A DNA stretch of 64,000 nucleotides from Dehalococcoidia bacterium (GCA_965208825.1 CBDBPP010000005.1:1038718-1102717); one strand, 5' to 3'. Shown: positions 28,216 to 37,822, counted from the first letter of the stretch. Notes: generated by a model from the letters alone, not told the origin. A program made the numbers and translations.

Positions 28216-28743
28216 ATGACCCAAGCAGCTACAAAAATCGATACGACGAGGACTGCCGTCATCATCATGGACTTCCAGCAGCGTATCGTGAACAACTATG
28301 CCTCGGAGCCGGAGGCGGTGGTGCGCAACGCGGCACGGGTACTGGATGGCGCGCGAAAGGCGGGCATTCCAGTGTTTCACGTGGTGCACCGCGGGGTCCC
28401 ACTCGCTGAGTATGCCCCCGACGTGGAGATACACGATGGCGTGGTGCCGGCGGAAGGGGAGCGGGTGATCACCAAGACCCGGCCCGGGCCCTTCTCCACC
28501 ACGTCGCTGGACGTGGACCTGCGCGAAGCGGGCCGGGACACGCTGGTCCTGATGGGCGTGGCCACCAGCGGCTGCGTTCTTTCCTGCGTGCGCTGGGCCT
28601 GTGACGTCAACTACAACCTGGTCGTGGTGTCCGACGCCTGCTCCGACCCGGACCCGGAGGTGCACCGGGTGCTGACCGAGAAGGTCTATCCCCGCCAGGC
28701 CACCGTAGTCAGCGCCGAGGAGTTCCTCGCGTCGATAGAGTAG
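28216..28743 (+). CDS. Isochorismatase-family cysteine hydrolase
   Basis: GGGAGG lies 8 nt upstream of ATG 28216. Contains TAVIIMDFQ and LVLMGVATSGCVLS, the latter holding the nucleophile Cys. Confidence 0.75.
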   Translation: MTQAATKIDTTRTAVIIMDFQQRIVNNYASEPEAVVRNAARVLDGARKAGIPVFHVVHRGVPLAEYAPDVEIHDGVVPAEGERVITKTRPGPFSTTSLDVDLREAGRDTLVLMGVATSGCVLSCVRWACDVNYNLVVVSDACSDPDPEVHRVLTEKVYPRQATVVSAEEFLASIE

Positions 28744-28794
28744 TCCGCAGCACAGGGAACAAAGCAGGGGAAGTTGCCCCCATCTGGAGGTCAA

Positions 28795-30327
28795 GTGAAG
28801 TATGACGTGATTGTTGTCGGCGGCGGGTCCGCCGGTTCCGTGGTGGCGGCGCGGCTGTCCGAGAATCCCAAGCTGTCCGTACTGCTGCTGGAGGCGGGGC
28901 CGGACTATCCCGACCCGGAGAACCTGCCCGACGACATCCGGCAGGGCCACACCCGCACTGCCGAGGCACCGGACTCGAAACACAACTGGGCGCTGAGCGG
29001 CATCCTGTCAGAGGAACAGGGTCCGACCCACGTGGCCCAGGGCAAGGTTATCGGTGGCGGAGGCTCCATCAACGGGCAGGTTTTCCTGCGGGGGCTGCCG
29101 GAGGACTTCGACATCTGGGTGGAGAGTGGCGCCCACGAGTGGTCGTACCTGGACGTGCTGCCCTACTACCGCATGATGGAGACGGACCTCGATATCCAGG
29201 ACGACTTTCACGGCTCCGACGGGCCGTTGCCTATCACCCGCCGGGAGAACGGAGGCAACTGGCCGGAGATCCAGTCGGTCTTCCACCGGGCCTGCCTGGA
29301 GTCGGGCCACGGAGTGGCCTCGGACATGAACGGCCCGGAGCACCTGGGCGTGGCCACCGTGCCGATGAACAACATGAACGGCGTGCGGATGAGCACGGCC
29401 CTGACGCACCTGAGCCCGGCGCGCCACCGCCTGAACCTCACCGTCCGCGGCGACGTGTTCGTGCGGCGCATCGTGTTCGAGGGAGACAGGGCTGTCGGAG
29501 TTGAGGCGGAGAGCGGCGGCGAGACGTTCCTCGTCGAGGCCGACAGAATCGTGCTGTCCGCTGGGGCGTTGAAGTCGCCGCACATCCTGATGCTGTCCGG
29601 GGTAGGGCCTCGTGAGCAGCTGGAGGAGTTCGACATTCCGGTGGTGCACGAGTCGCCAGGAGTGGGCCAGAACCTGTGGAACCACGCCATCACCACGATA
29701 TCTTTCCGGGTTAAGGAGGGGGTGACCCTGGCGGCCGACAACCAGGGCACCCGCATCGCATTGCGCTACACCGCCGAGGGGTCCTCCCACGTCAGCGACA
29801 TGATGCTGACCACCAGCTCGATATTCAACGCGCTGACCGGCGAGGTGATGGACGACGGCACGGCCCGGGTGTCGTGCGTGCTGGAGCTGCCCGAGGGCTC
29901 GGGGTGGTTGCGGCTGGCCTCGGCAGACCCGTCGGTGCAGCCAAGCTTCAACTACCGCTACTTCCAGCATCCCGAGGACACCCGGCGACTGCGGGACGGC
30001 GTGCGCATGGCGGCAGCGCTGCTGGAGACCGAGGCATACCGGCAAGTCTGCGAGGGCCGGATCGCGCCCACGGACGAGGTGCTGAACGACGACGACAGCC
30101 TGGACCTGTGGATGAAGCGCACCGTCAGCTCGGCTCGCCACGTCTCGGGCACCTGCAGGATAGGGACGCAGGACGACGCCATGGCCGTGGTGGACCAGCA
30201 CTGCAAGGTGCGGGGCGTCGGGGGAGTGTGGGTGGCCGACTCCTCGGTGATGCCCAGGGTGCCGAGGGCCAATACCAACGCCTCCGCCATCATGATCGGA
30301 GAGCGCGTGGCTGAATGGCTGTCATGA
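28795..30327 (+). CDS. GMC-family FAD oxidoreductase (choline-dehydrogenase-like)
   Basis: KYDVIVVGGGSAGSVVAARLSE is the N-terminal FAD motif. GTG 28795 lies 4 nt after GGAGG. A GMC C-terminal domain is present (HVSGTCRIG...VADSSVMP). Confidence 0.8.
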   Translation: MKYDVIVVGGGSAGSVVAARLSENPKLSVLLLEAGPDYPDPENLPDDIRQGHTRTAEAPDSKHNWALSGILSEEQGPTHVAQGKVIGGGGSINGQVFLRGLPEDFDIWVESGAHEWSYLDVLPYYRMMETDLDIQDDFHGSDGPLPITRRENGGNWPEIQSVFHRACLESGHGVASDMNGPEHLGVATVPMNNMNGVRMSTALTHLSPARHRLNLTVRGDVFVRRIVFEGDRAVGVEAESGGETFLVEADRIVLSAGALKSPHILMLSGVGPREQLEEFDIPVVHESPGVGQNLWNHAITTISFRVKEGVTLAADNQGTRIALRYTAEGSSHVSDMMLTTSSIFNALTGEVMDDGTARVSCVLELPEGSGWLRLASADPSVQPSFNYRYFQHPEDTRRLRDGVRMAAALLETEAYRQVCEGRIAPTDEVLNDDDSLDLWMKRTVSSARHVSGTCRIGTQDDAMAVVDQHCKVRGVGGVWVADSSVMPRVPRANTNASAIMIGERVAEWLS

Positions 30328-30350
30328 GCCTGCCCTGAGCTTGCCGTAGA

Positions 30351-31244
30351 GTGGTAGTCGCGGTCGTACTGTCCTTCGTTTCCGCCCTTGGCTTCGCCTC
30401 GGGCAGCGTCCTGATGCGCGTGGGAACGCAGCACGTTGCGCCCCCGGTGGCCACCTTCTACACGGTGCTGGTTGGCGCCATCCTGGTCACCAGCATCGCC
30501 TTCGCCGTCAACTTCGGCGAAATCAAGACGCTGCCCCTGGAGGCTTACGGCTGGATCACCCTGATGGGCATCCTGGCCTACTGCGGGGCCAGGGTGCTGC
30601 ACAACACGGCCATCAGGATGGTGGGCGCGGCGCGCACCGTGCCCATGATCTCGCTGCAGCCGCTGATGGCCTTCGCCATCGGCTTCCTCATCCTCCAGGA
30701 ACGGCCCAACCTGCTGGTCATCATCGGGACTCCCATCATCGCCGGTGGGCTGATGATGGTGATGCTGCCGCGGCGGCGGGAGCCCGGAGCCATCGAGATC
30801 CGCAAGCTGGGATACCTGCTGGCCTTCGGCGGATCGCTGGCTTTCGTCACGCGGGACGCGATCAGCCGGCACGTGCTGGGCAGCCTGGCCCTCGTGCCGC
30901 CCTTCGTGGCCTCGGGGTTCGCCCTGGTCTTCGGCGGAGCGATCCTGTTCGCCCTGATACACCGGGGAGTGATCGACAGCATCCGGCACCAGCCCATGCG
31001 CTACGTGGGCATCTGCTGCCTGGCCGGCCTGCTGCAGGGCATCGCCGTGGCCTCGCTGTTTCACGCCCTGAGCCGGGCGGACGTGACCATCGTTACGCCG
31101 ATCTATGCCAGCCAGCCGATCATCGCGCTGGCCCTGGCGGCGATGTTCCTGCGCCAGATGGAGTCGCTGAACTGGGTGCTGGTGCTGGGCACGGTGTTGA
31201 GCGTTGGGGGCGTAATCATGGTAGTCTTGGGGGCGACAACCTAG
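30351..31244 (+). CDS. DMT-superfamily (EamA-like) transporter
   Basis: 297 aa with about ten hydrophobic helices in two EamA-like halves. The start is uncertain (GTG). Confidence 0.6.
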   Translation: MVVAVVLSFVSALGFASGSVLMRVGTQHVAPPVATFYTVLVGAILVTSIAFAVNFGEIKTLPLEAYGWITLMGILAYCGARVLHNTAIRMVGAARTVPMISLQPLMAFAIGFLILQERPNLLVIIGTPIIAGGLMMVMLPRRREPGAIEIRKLGYLLAFGGSLAFVTRDAISRHVLGSLALVPPFVASGFALVFGGAILFALIHRGVIDSIRHQPMRYVGICCLAGLLQGIAVASLFHALSRADVTIVTPIYASQPIIALALAAMFLRQMESLNWVLVLGTVLSVGGVIMVVLGATT

Positions 31245-31335
31245 AGGAAACGCCCTCACCCAAACCCTCCCCTATGGAGAGGGAATTTGCTCCGCGTTTG
31301 ACCGAGAAATTCAGAAAACCTTCAGGAGAAATAAC

Positions 31336-32187
31336 ATGTCCGTTGGAGTTATCGTGCCGCTGCCGGCCTACACCCTGGACCCGGCCTTCGTCGCCAGGAA
31401 GACCGAGGAACTGGGCTTCGAGTCCCTCTGGTACCACGAACACCCCATCCTGCCGGTCCACAGCGCCAGCCCCTTCCCGGCAACCGGCGGGGAGATCCCG
31501 TGGACCTACGCCCACTTCTCCGAGCCCTACATCTCCCTGGCCATGGCCGCGGCCGTGACCAGCAAGATCAAGCTGTGCACCGGCATCACGCTGGTCCCCG
31601 AGCGCAACCCCCTGATCCTGGCCAAGGAGATCTCGGTGCTGGACCGGCACAGCAACGGCCGCTTCGTCTTTGGCATCGGCGCGGGCTGGAACCGCGAGGA
31701 GACCGAGATGATGGGCGGCGACTTCGATCACCGCTGGACCCAGACCCGGGAGGCCGTGGCAGCCTTGAAGGAGCTGTGGACCAAGGACGAGGCGGAGTTC
31801 CACGGCCACTACTACGACTTCCCGCCGGTGTACATGTACCCGAAGCCGGTGCAGCAGCCGCACCCGCCAATCCTGCTGGGCGGCATGGCCCGCAACGTAC
31901 TGCAGCGCGTGGCCCGCTGGGGTGACGGCTGGCTGCCCAACCGGGTGGAGCCGCACCAGATCGAGGAGGGGCGCAAGGTGCTGGACGTACTGGCCGACGA
32001 GCGAGGCCGCGACCCGGAGTCGCTGACCATCTCAGTCTTTGGCCGGGCACCGGAGACGACGCGGCAGGAAGTGGACGACTTCCTGAACGCCGGTGCGCTG
32101 CGGGTATGCGTCTGGCCGAACCACTGCGACACCGAGCGGGAGATGGGCGACCAGCTGGAAAAGATGGCGGAGACGCTGGTGCGTTAG
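31336..32187 (+). CDS. LLM-class (luciferase-like) F420/flavin-dependent oxidoreductase
   Basis: Contains ELGFESLWYHEHP and GRFVFGIGAGWNREETEMMGGDFDHRWTQTREAVAALKELWTKDEAEFHGHYYDFPPV. Close paralogue of 40830..41672. Confidence 0.8.
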   Translation: MSVGVIVPLPAYTLDPAFVARKTEELGFESLWYHEHPILPVHSASPFPATGGEIPWTYAHFSEPYISLAMAAAVTSKIKLCTGITLVPERNPLILAKEISVLDRHSNGRFVFGIGAGWNREETEMMGGDFDHRWTQTREAVAALKELWTKDEAEFHGHYYDFPPVYMYPKPVQQPHPPILLGGMARNVLQRVARWGDGWLPNRVEPHQIEEGRKVLDVLADERGRDPESLTISVFGRAPETTRQEVDDFLNAGALRVCVWPNHCDTEREMGDQLEKMAETLVR

Positions 32188-32220
32188 GAACACCCTCCAG
32201 GACAGTTTATTCGTTCGGTG

Positions 32221-32336
32221 TAGGGGCGGGTTTCAAACCCGCCCTTACGGTTCACCGGGTCGAGTTGGCGGGGTTGAAGCCCGCCCCTACGGTTCACCGG
32301 GTCGAGTTGGCGGGTTTGAAACCCGCCCCAGCGGTT
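32221..32336. repeat. 42-nt tandem repeat (two full copies plus one partial), each unit carrying a GGGCGGG-loop-CCCGCCC hairpin
   Basis: The units are 32225-32266, 32267-32308 and 32309-32336. The array lies between convergent genes. Its translation gives the artefactual GFQTRPY/GVEARPY/GFETRP peptide of track ORF 32093..32566. Confidence 0.8.
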
Positions 32337-32379
32337 TTCCAGGACGAAGGAGTCAACCGGAGCCGGGTGAGGTAAGGGC

Positions 32380-33126
32380 CTACTCCGGCTGCAGCACCCC
32401 GCAGAAGAGGTGCTCCCCGCAGCCGTCCCCGTCGCCGGGGAGGGGAATGCGGTCGGTGCGGAAGCCGGCCTCCTCCATAAGCGACATCCAGGTGGCGATG
32501 GGGAACAGGCCGGTGACGTGTACGTCCCGTTCCACCCGGATGGCGCCCCGCTCGTTGATGGTGTAGGTGAAGTGGGACTCCACCTGGCTGTCCGTGGGGT
32601 CCGGGTCGTAGACGGTCTCTTCGGTGTTCACCTGCACGCCGTCCCTCTCCGTGGACCAGCTCAGCTTCATGCCGGGACGGAAGGTATCGCGGACGAGGTC
32701 GGGGCCCACCAGCAGCAGGCCGCCGGGCCGCAGATGGGCGCGGGCGGTGGCGAAGGCGGCGCGGAGGTCGTCCTCCGTCAGCATGTAGCAGACGGCGTCG
32801 TGAATCAGCACGGCGTCGAATCTACGCCCAGGCAGCCGGAAGCTGCGCATGTCGCCCAGGTGGTGCTCAACGGTGGGGTTGAGGCACTGGGACAGCTCTA
32901 GCATCCGGGGCGAAATATCGACGGCAACGGCGTCGAACTCCGCGGTCAGGTGCGACAGGTTATGGCCTCCGCCGACGCCCAGCTCCAGCAGGGTGTGACG
33001 CCCGGCCCCCAGGTAGCGGCGCAGAGCGTTGCGCCAGTCCTCTGCCTCGACGGCGTAGTCCTCAGGCGGGCTGATCGTGGGCCACAGGTAGGCCAGCTCG
33101 TTGTAGAGCAGGGTGTCCCGGACCAT
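32380..33126 (-). CDS. Class I SAM-dependent methyltransferase
   Basis: Motif I is LLELGVGGGHNLSHL, and post-motif sequences are FDAVLIHDAVCYM and LRPGGLLLV. Confidence 0.75.
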   Translation of the reverse strand: MVRDTLLYNELAYLWPTISPPEDYAVEAEDWRNALRRYLGAGRHTLLELGVGGGHNLSHLTAEFDAVAVDISPRMLELSQCLNPTVEHHLGDMRSFRLPGRRFDAVLIHDAVCYMLTEDDLRAAFATARAHLRPGGLLLVGPDLVRDTFRPGMKLSWSTERDGVQVNTEETVYDPDPTDSQVESHFTYTINERGAIRVERDVHVTGLFPIATWMSLMEEAGFRTDRIPLPGDGDGCGEHLFCGVLQPE

Positions 33127-33131
33127 CGCGG

Positions 33132-33608
33132 CTACCCTCCGTCCACCTCGATGACGCAGTCGCAGACGACGGCGATGTTGCCGGGGAGGGCGGCCATGCC
33201 CGGCGCGGAACGGGCGTGGAGGCCGCGTTCGCCGTATAGGTCAACGAACAGGTCGGATATGCCGTCGAGCACCAGGGCCTGCTCGGTGAAGGAGGGGTCG
33301 CTGTTGACCATGCCCACCACCTTGAGGATGCGGGTGACCCGGTCCAGGTCGCCCAGCTCGGCCTTCATGCGGGCGAGCAGGTTCAGCGCGACCCAGCGCG
33401 CCGCCTCCTGTCCCTGCTCAATGGTCAGGTCCGCGCCCAGCTTGCCGACGATGCGGCGGCCGTCGGAAAGCCGGGAGCCGACGCCGGCCAGCCACATGAT
33501 GTTGCCGCTGCGGGTGATGGGCAGGTAGTTGCCCAGGGGAGGCGGGGCCTCGGGGAGTTCATACCCCAGCGCCGCCAGCTTTGTTTCCACTTCGGACATA
33601 GTTGTCAC
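33132..33608 (-). CDS. RidA/YjgF-superfamily protein (longer subfamily)
   Basis: 158 aa containing LGYELPEAPPPLGNYLPITRSGNIMWLAGVGS and ARSAPGMAALPGNIAVVCDCVIEV. Confidence 0.65.
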   Translation of the reverse strand: MTTMSEVETKLAALGYELPEAPPPLGNYLPITRSGNIMWLAGVGSRLSDGRRIVGKLGADLTIEQGQEAARWVALNLLARMKAELGDLDRVTRILKVVGMVNSDPSFTEQALVLDGISDLFVDLYGERGLHARSAPGMAALPGNIAVVCDCVIEVDGG

Positions 33609-33624
33609 CCTCCGGTGGGCCCGA

Positions 33625-34125
33625 CTACCCCTGGTACTCGCGGATACATTCCGCTAGGAGATCAAAGGCGCGCTGGGCGAAGACCCACATGTTGGCCTCG
33701 CGATCGGGGTCCCCGGTCTCCACGGTGATCACCTTCTCCACCGGACCGGCCACGGCGATGCAGGCATGGCCGTAGTTGTCGCCGTACCGGTTGCCTGTGG
33801 GGCCGCTGGCGCCGGTCTCGGCCAGTCCCCAGTCGGTGCCGAGGGCGCGCATGGTGGTGCGGGCGTTGAGCTGGGCGTAGGGCTCGGAGCTGGCCCGTTT
33901 CCCCTCCATGGCAATGTCGGGGACCAGCAGCAGGCCCCTCTGGGCGACGCGGGTGTAGATGACGCTACCGCCGACATAGTAGTCGGAGGCGCCCGGGATG
34001 GCCACCAGGGCCGCCGAGATCAGCCCGCCGCAGGAGGACTCCGCAACGCTGACGCTCTGCCCGGTCTCCCGCAACAGGGTGGCCACCGGGGCTGCGATTT
34101 CGCTCAACTGGGACATCTTCGTCAC
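33625..34125 (-). CDS. CinA C-terminal-domain protein (PncC-like nicotinamide-nucleotide amidohydrolase)
   Basis: Contains VSVAESSCGGLISAALVAIPGASDYYVGGSVIYT. Confidence 0.75.
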   Translation of the reverse strand: MTKMSQLSEIAAPVATLLRETGQSVSVAESSCGGLISAALVAIPGASDYYVGGSVIYTRVAQRGLLLVPDIAMEGKRASSEPYAQLNARTTMRALGTDWGLAETGASGPTGNRYGDNYGHACIAVAGPVEKVITVETGDPDREANMWVFAQRAFDLLAECIREYQG

Positions 34126-34288
34126 CTCTCAACCGTCATTGGTGCTCAGCGGCCATTATCCCCCAAAACGTCCCTGCAAGGAACTCCGTGCTGGCCGGAG
34201 GATATTGGCATCCCCAAAGTTGACATGCGCGAGATGCGGACGGGACAATTCGCCAACGCGGACTTTCAGGCAGCAGAACGGAGTGTGC

Positions 34289-35128
34289 ATGAACGCGGAC
34301 GAAGCACGGCGGGAGGAGATCGCCCGGGCCGGGAGGCGGATCGAATACTTTCTGGGCACCCTGAGCGTTGAGGACCTGACCCGGCAGAGCGCCTGCGAGG
34401 GCTGGACGGTGGGCGACGTGGTGGGACACCTGATCGAGCGGGGCGCCCCTCTCCCCGACCAGATCCAGCGCGGCCTTGCCGGAGACCTGTCGCCGACGCC
34501 GGGATTCACCGACGACCCTCCCATCAGCGAGGACCAGTTCCGCCTGGACCTGGACCGTCGGGCCGTGGAGCTGCGGCTGGAGCTGGGCGACGGGCTGCTG
34601 GCGGAGTTCGCGAGGGTCAACGGCGAGTTCGACCGGGTGCTGTCGCTGGTGCAGCCTGAGGACTGGGACAAGCTATGCTACCACCGGCTGCGGCCCGAGA
34701 CGGTGCGTTCCAAGGCCGACATTCGCATCGCCGAGCTGGCGATGCACGAGTGGGACATGCGCTGGGCCTTCGACCCCGAGGCAAAGCTGGCCGAGGACAG
34801 CCTGCCGGGACTGGTGTACGCGTCGGGCCGGGCCGTGCGGCGGGCCTTCCGTGCGGACTCATCGCGGCAACGGGCCGTTCGCTACCGGTTCACCCTCGGC
34901 GTCCCGAATCCCTCGGCAGTGGACGTCGTCCTGGCGCCCGAGGGAGCGAGCTTCGAGATCGAGGGTCCAGGGGAACCGGACCTGATCTTAGTCTGCGGTC
35001 CCGCCACCTACGCCATGGTGATCTTCGGCCGCTGGAGACTGCGGGACGTCATCGCCGACGGAAGGTTGATCGCGGAGCGGGTCGAGGACCTTATCGACGC
35101 CTTCGCGGATGCTTTCGTGGGCGGATGA
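34289..35128 (+). CDS. DinB-fold / mycothiol-dependent maleylpyruvate-isomerase-N-terminal-domain family protein
   Basis: GGAG lies 6 nt upstream of ATG 34289. Contains SACEGWTVGDVVGHLIERG. The track ORF begins at 33998, antisense to the CinA-like gene. Confidence 0.55.
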   Translation: MNADEARREEIARAGRRIEYFLGTLSVEDLTRQSACEGWTVGDVVGHLIERGAPLPDQIQRGLAGDLSPTPGFTDDPPISEDQFRLDLDRRAVELRLELGDGLLAEFARVNGEFDRVLSLVQPEDWDKLCYHRLRPETVRSKADIRIAELAMHEWDMRWAFDPEAKLAEDSLPGLVYASGRAVRRAFRADSSRQRAVRYRFTLGVPNPSAVDVVLAPEGASFEIEGPGEPDLILVCGPATYAMVIFGRWRLRDVIADGRLIAERVEDLIDAFADAFVGG

Positions 35129-35295
35129 ACAATCCGGCCCCTCTCCTCCCATGGCAACGGCAGGGACTCCGTCCTGCGCAAGGGCCGGTCGGACTGAGAC
35201 CGCGGATGGCAACTGGTCCTATGTTCCCACCATCCGGCACGGTCTGTCGCCATGGCTTCAATGGTAGCAGGATCTGGTGGCACTGATGTCGAAGG

Positions 35296-35340
35296 TCCGT
35301 CCGTTGGTGGTTCGACAAGCTCACCAGGAACGGGCTGCAT
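35296..35340. repeat. Copy of a small dispersed repeat that translates as WFDKLTRNG on the plus strand and PFLVSLSNHQ on the minus strand
   Basis: The sequence is ccgttggTGGTTCGACAAGCTCACCAGGAACGGGc. I recognise this FDKLxxNG / FVxSLSNH-type element from spurious ORFs in many genomes. That is memory-based, not a search result. Confidence 0.4.
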
Positions 35341-35883
35341 TGGTTCTCGTCGAAATCCAGGAGGTCTTGGGTGTGTCGCTCATGCACGATTTAATGACAC
35401 CTGCTTGTTGCCAGGCCTTGTGACCTCCTAGTAACATTTGTTGGTGTGGTTACCGCTTTTCATATTCAGTCTGCCATGTTTCTGGGAGCCGGCCTCCCAG
35501 GCGAACGGTCTGGAATTGCCCTTGAAACTCAAAGAGGGACGAAATGGGAAGGTTTGGGACGCTTTTTGAAATTTCGCTCCTCTGCTCGACGCTCCAGATA
35601 CAAAATGCCCCTGAAATCCGGCGAAAATGGTACAGAATGGGAAAAAATGGGAACCCGTGGGAAAAATTCCGTCTCATCTTTCCCGCTTCGCCCTTTTTGG
35701 GTCCCTGAGCAGGCCTCGGTGTTCGCGTCTTCGTAGTTCCGCGAATTTCGCCTCCTCCCCCGCGACGCCCCTGACCGGCTGCCCTTCCACGATTGACACC
35801 GGTGTGTGTAGGGGTGGAATATAGACCGCGATCAGGTATCACCCTGAGCGCATTAACGATACTGATAGCATAGGAGTCCCGCA

Positions 35884-36975
35884 TTGAAGGCCGCAGTTCT
35901 GTACGAAACGAAGACGCCCCTGGTTATCGAGGACGTTGAGCTGGACGACCCCAAAGAGGGGGAAGTCCTGGTGAAGATCGGCGCGGCGGGCATCTGCCGC
36001 AGCGACCGCCACTTCATGCACGGTGACGCTCCCATCGCGCTGCCGGTGGTGCTGGGCCACGAGGGCGCCGGCACCGTGGAGGCCGTGGGGCCTGGTGTAA
36101 CCTCGGTACGGCCCGGTCAGCAGGTGGTCCTGTCCTTCGTGACTGCCTGCGGGCGCTGCAACTCCTGCCTTTCGGGAAACTCCCAGGTGTGCGACAACCA
36201 CATGTCCACCGGTCCCAACATGCTCGACGGCACCCAGAGGCTGCACAAGGGCGACACCCGAATTCATCACATGGGCAAGGTGGCCTGCTTCGCAGAGTAT
36301 GCCGTGCTGCCCGAGATGGGCTGCGTTCCCATTGACATGCCCACCCCCATGCCGCAGGCGGCGCTCATCGGCTGCTGCGTGCCCACCGGCGTCGGTGCGG
36401 TGATCAACAGCGCGAAGGTGACGCCCGGCAGCACCGTGGCGGTGGTCGGCTGCGGTGGCGTCGGCATCAACGTGATCATGGGGGCAGCCCTCGCCAACGC
36501 CACCCGGATCATCGCGGTGGACTTGCGCGAGAGTCAGCTGGAGTTCGCCATGAAGTTTGGGGCCACCCACACGGTCAACGCCTCCGACGGCGACCCGGTG
36601 GAGCGGGTCAGGCAGATCACCGGCGGCAAGGGAGTTGACTTCGCCTTCGAGGTCGTGGGGGCGACCCAGACCATCAAGAACGCCTACGACATGACCGGGA
36701 AGTCCGGTATCTGCACACTGGTGGGCATCGCGCCCTTCGGCGCCGATGCGCCGCTGAACGCGGTGGACATGGTGCGCAACGAAAAGACGGTGCGGGGCAC
36801 CTACTACGGCTCCACCCATGCCCGGGTCGACATGCCCAAGTTCAACGACCTGTACCACGCTGGCAAGCTGAACCTGGACGAGCTGGTGGTTCGGCACTAC
36901 ACCCTGGACCAGGTCAACGAGGCCTACGACGACATGGACAAGGGCGAGATCGGCCGCGGCGTGATCGTTTTTTAG
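35884..36975 (+). CDS. Zinc-dependent alcohol dehydrogenase-family oxidoreductase
   Basis: The TTG start lies 7 nt after GGAG. The catalytic zinc region is GICRSDRH...GHEGAGTVEAVG, the structural zinc site is CGRCNSCLSGNSQVC, and the Rossmann motif is VVGCGGVG. Confidence 0.85.
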   Translation: MKAAVLYETKTPLVIEDVELDDPKEGEVLVKIGAAGICRSDRHFMHGDAPIALPVVLGHEGAGTVEAVGPGVTSVRPGQQVVLSFVTACGRCNSCLSGNSQVCDNHMSTGPNMLDGTQRLHKGDTRIHHMGKVACFAEYAVLPEMGCVPIDMPTPMPQAALIGCCVPTGVGAVINSAKVTPGSTVAVVGCGGVGINVIMGAALANATRIIAVDLRESQLEFAMKFGATHTVNASDGDPVERVRQITGGKGVDFAFEVVGATQTIKNAYDMTGKSGICTLVGIAPFGADAPLNAVDMVRNEKTVRGTYYGSTHARVDMPKFNDLYHAGKLNLDELVVRHYTLDQVNEAYDDMDKGEIGRGVIVF

Positions 36976-36988
36976 GACAGTTGGTGGC

Positions 36989-37420
36989 ATGAGCCAGATC
37001 ACTGTCAAGCTGGTGGAGACCGAGGAGGAGATGGAGGCGGCGGTCGGAATCCGCTTCCGTGTCTTCGTGGACGAGCAGTCCGTCGCTCCAGAGATCGAGC
37101 TGGACGGGTACGACGCCGTCGCCACCCACGCCATCGCTATCGAGCAGGGTCGAGCCATCGCCACGGGCCGGGCGATGGTGGAAGGGAACTCGGCTCGCAT
37201 CGGTCGGATGGCCGTCGACCGGCCGTACCGGCGCGGCGGAGTGGGCGGGCTGCTCCTGCGGTTCCTGGAGGACGAGGCCAGGGAGCGGGGAGCGACGGAG
37301 TTCGTGCTGCACGCCCAGGACTACGTGAAGGCTTTTTACGCCAGGCACGGGTACGAGGAGCGCGGCGAGACATTCATGGAGGCGGGCATCCTCCACGTCG
37401 AGATGAGGAAGGGGGCGTAA
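36989..37420 (+). CDS. GNAT-family N-acetyltransferase
   Basis: 143 aa. Contains RIGRMAVDRPYRRGGVGGLLLRFLEDEARERG (motif A). Confidence 0.8.
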   Translation: MSQITVKLVETEEEMEAAVGIRFRVFVDEQSVAPEIELDGYDAVATHAIAIEQGRAIATGRAMVEGNSARIGRMAVDRPYRRGGVGGLLLRFLEDEARERGATEFVLHAQDYVKAFYARHGYEERGETFMEAGILHVEMRKGA

Positions 37421-37427
37421 ACGACAA

Positions 37428-37453
37428 GAGAGCCGGGCATCTTGCCGGCTCTC
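37428..37453. terminator. Stem-loop between the convergent GNAT and NIPSNAP genes
   Basis: GAGAGCCGG-gcatcttg-CCGGCTCTC forms a 9-bp stem. Confidence 0.5.
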
Positions 37454-37478
37454 CCGCTTTGCCAACGGATGGGTGCCT

Positions 37479-37790
37479 CTAGGCGACGCCGGCGGGCTGC
37501 AGGACCCTCTCGATGACCTTGACCTCGATCTTCGCGATGTGGCTGGTGGGCTTGTCGCCTAGGGCCTGGCGCTCGTCGGAGGCGAAGTAGGCCGCTTCTT
37601 TCTCCGGGATCTCGTCGACGCTGTTGAAATTCCGAATCCAGATGAACTCGTTGCGGTCGGCGTTGACGAACGTCGCCGAGATGGGCATCCCTATCTTGTC
37701 GTGGATCGGGCGGATCTCCTCATCGAATACCTTGAGCCAGGAGTCCATCATGCCCCGGTTGATGGTGTACGTGCGAAGCTGAGCAACCAT
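37479..37790 (-). CDS. NIPSNAP-family protein (paralogue of 9278..9589)
   Basis: GGAGAG lies 5 nt upstream of ATG 37790. The sequence begins MVAQLRTYTINRGMMDSW with ...FIWIRNFNS further in. It is 103 aa, the same length as its paralogue, with roughly 40% identity by hand alignment. Confidence 0.75.
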   Translation of the reverse strand: MVAQLRTYTINRGMMDSWLKVFDEEIRPIHDKIGMPISATFVNADRNEFIWIRNFNSVDEIPEKEAAYFASDERQALGDKPTSHIAKIEVKVIERVLQPAGVA

Positions 37791-37822
37791 AGTCTCTCCT
37801 TCCTGTTCGTATCTGGAGTGCG

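Noticed and set aside
32221-32336. The tandem repeat as a CRISPR array
   Set aside because: The units abut one another with no unique spacers. The period is 42 nt with only about 2.7 copies, and no cas genes are nearby.
33998-34288. The upstream 97 codons of track ORF 33998..35128
   Set aside because: They are antisense to the CinA-like gene. A GGAG-preceded ATG at 34289 gives a protein starting just before the conserved DinB-type motif.
35309-35315. A GGTTCGA T-loop-like word as part of a tRNA
   Set aside because: No acceptor, D or anticodon stems can be drawn around it. It belongs to the FDKLTxNG-type repeat.
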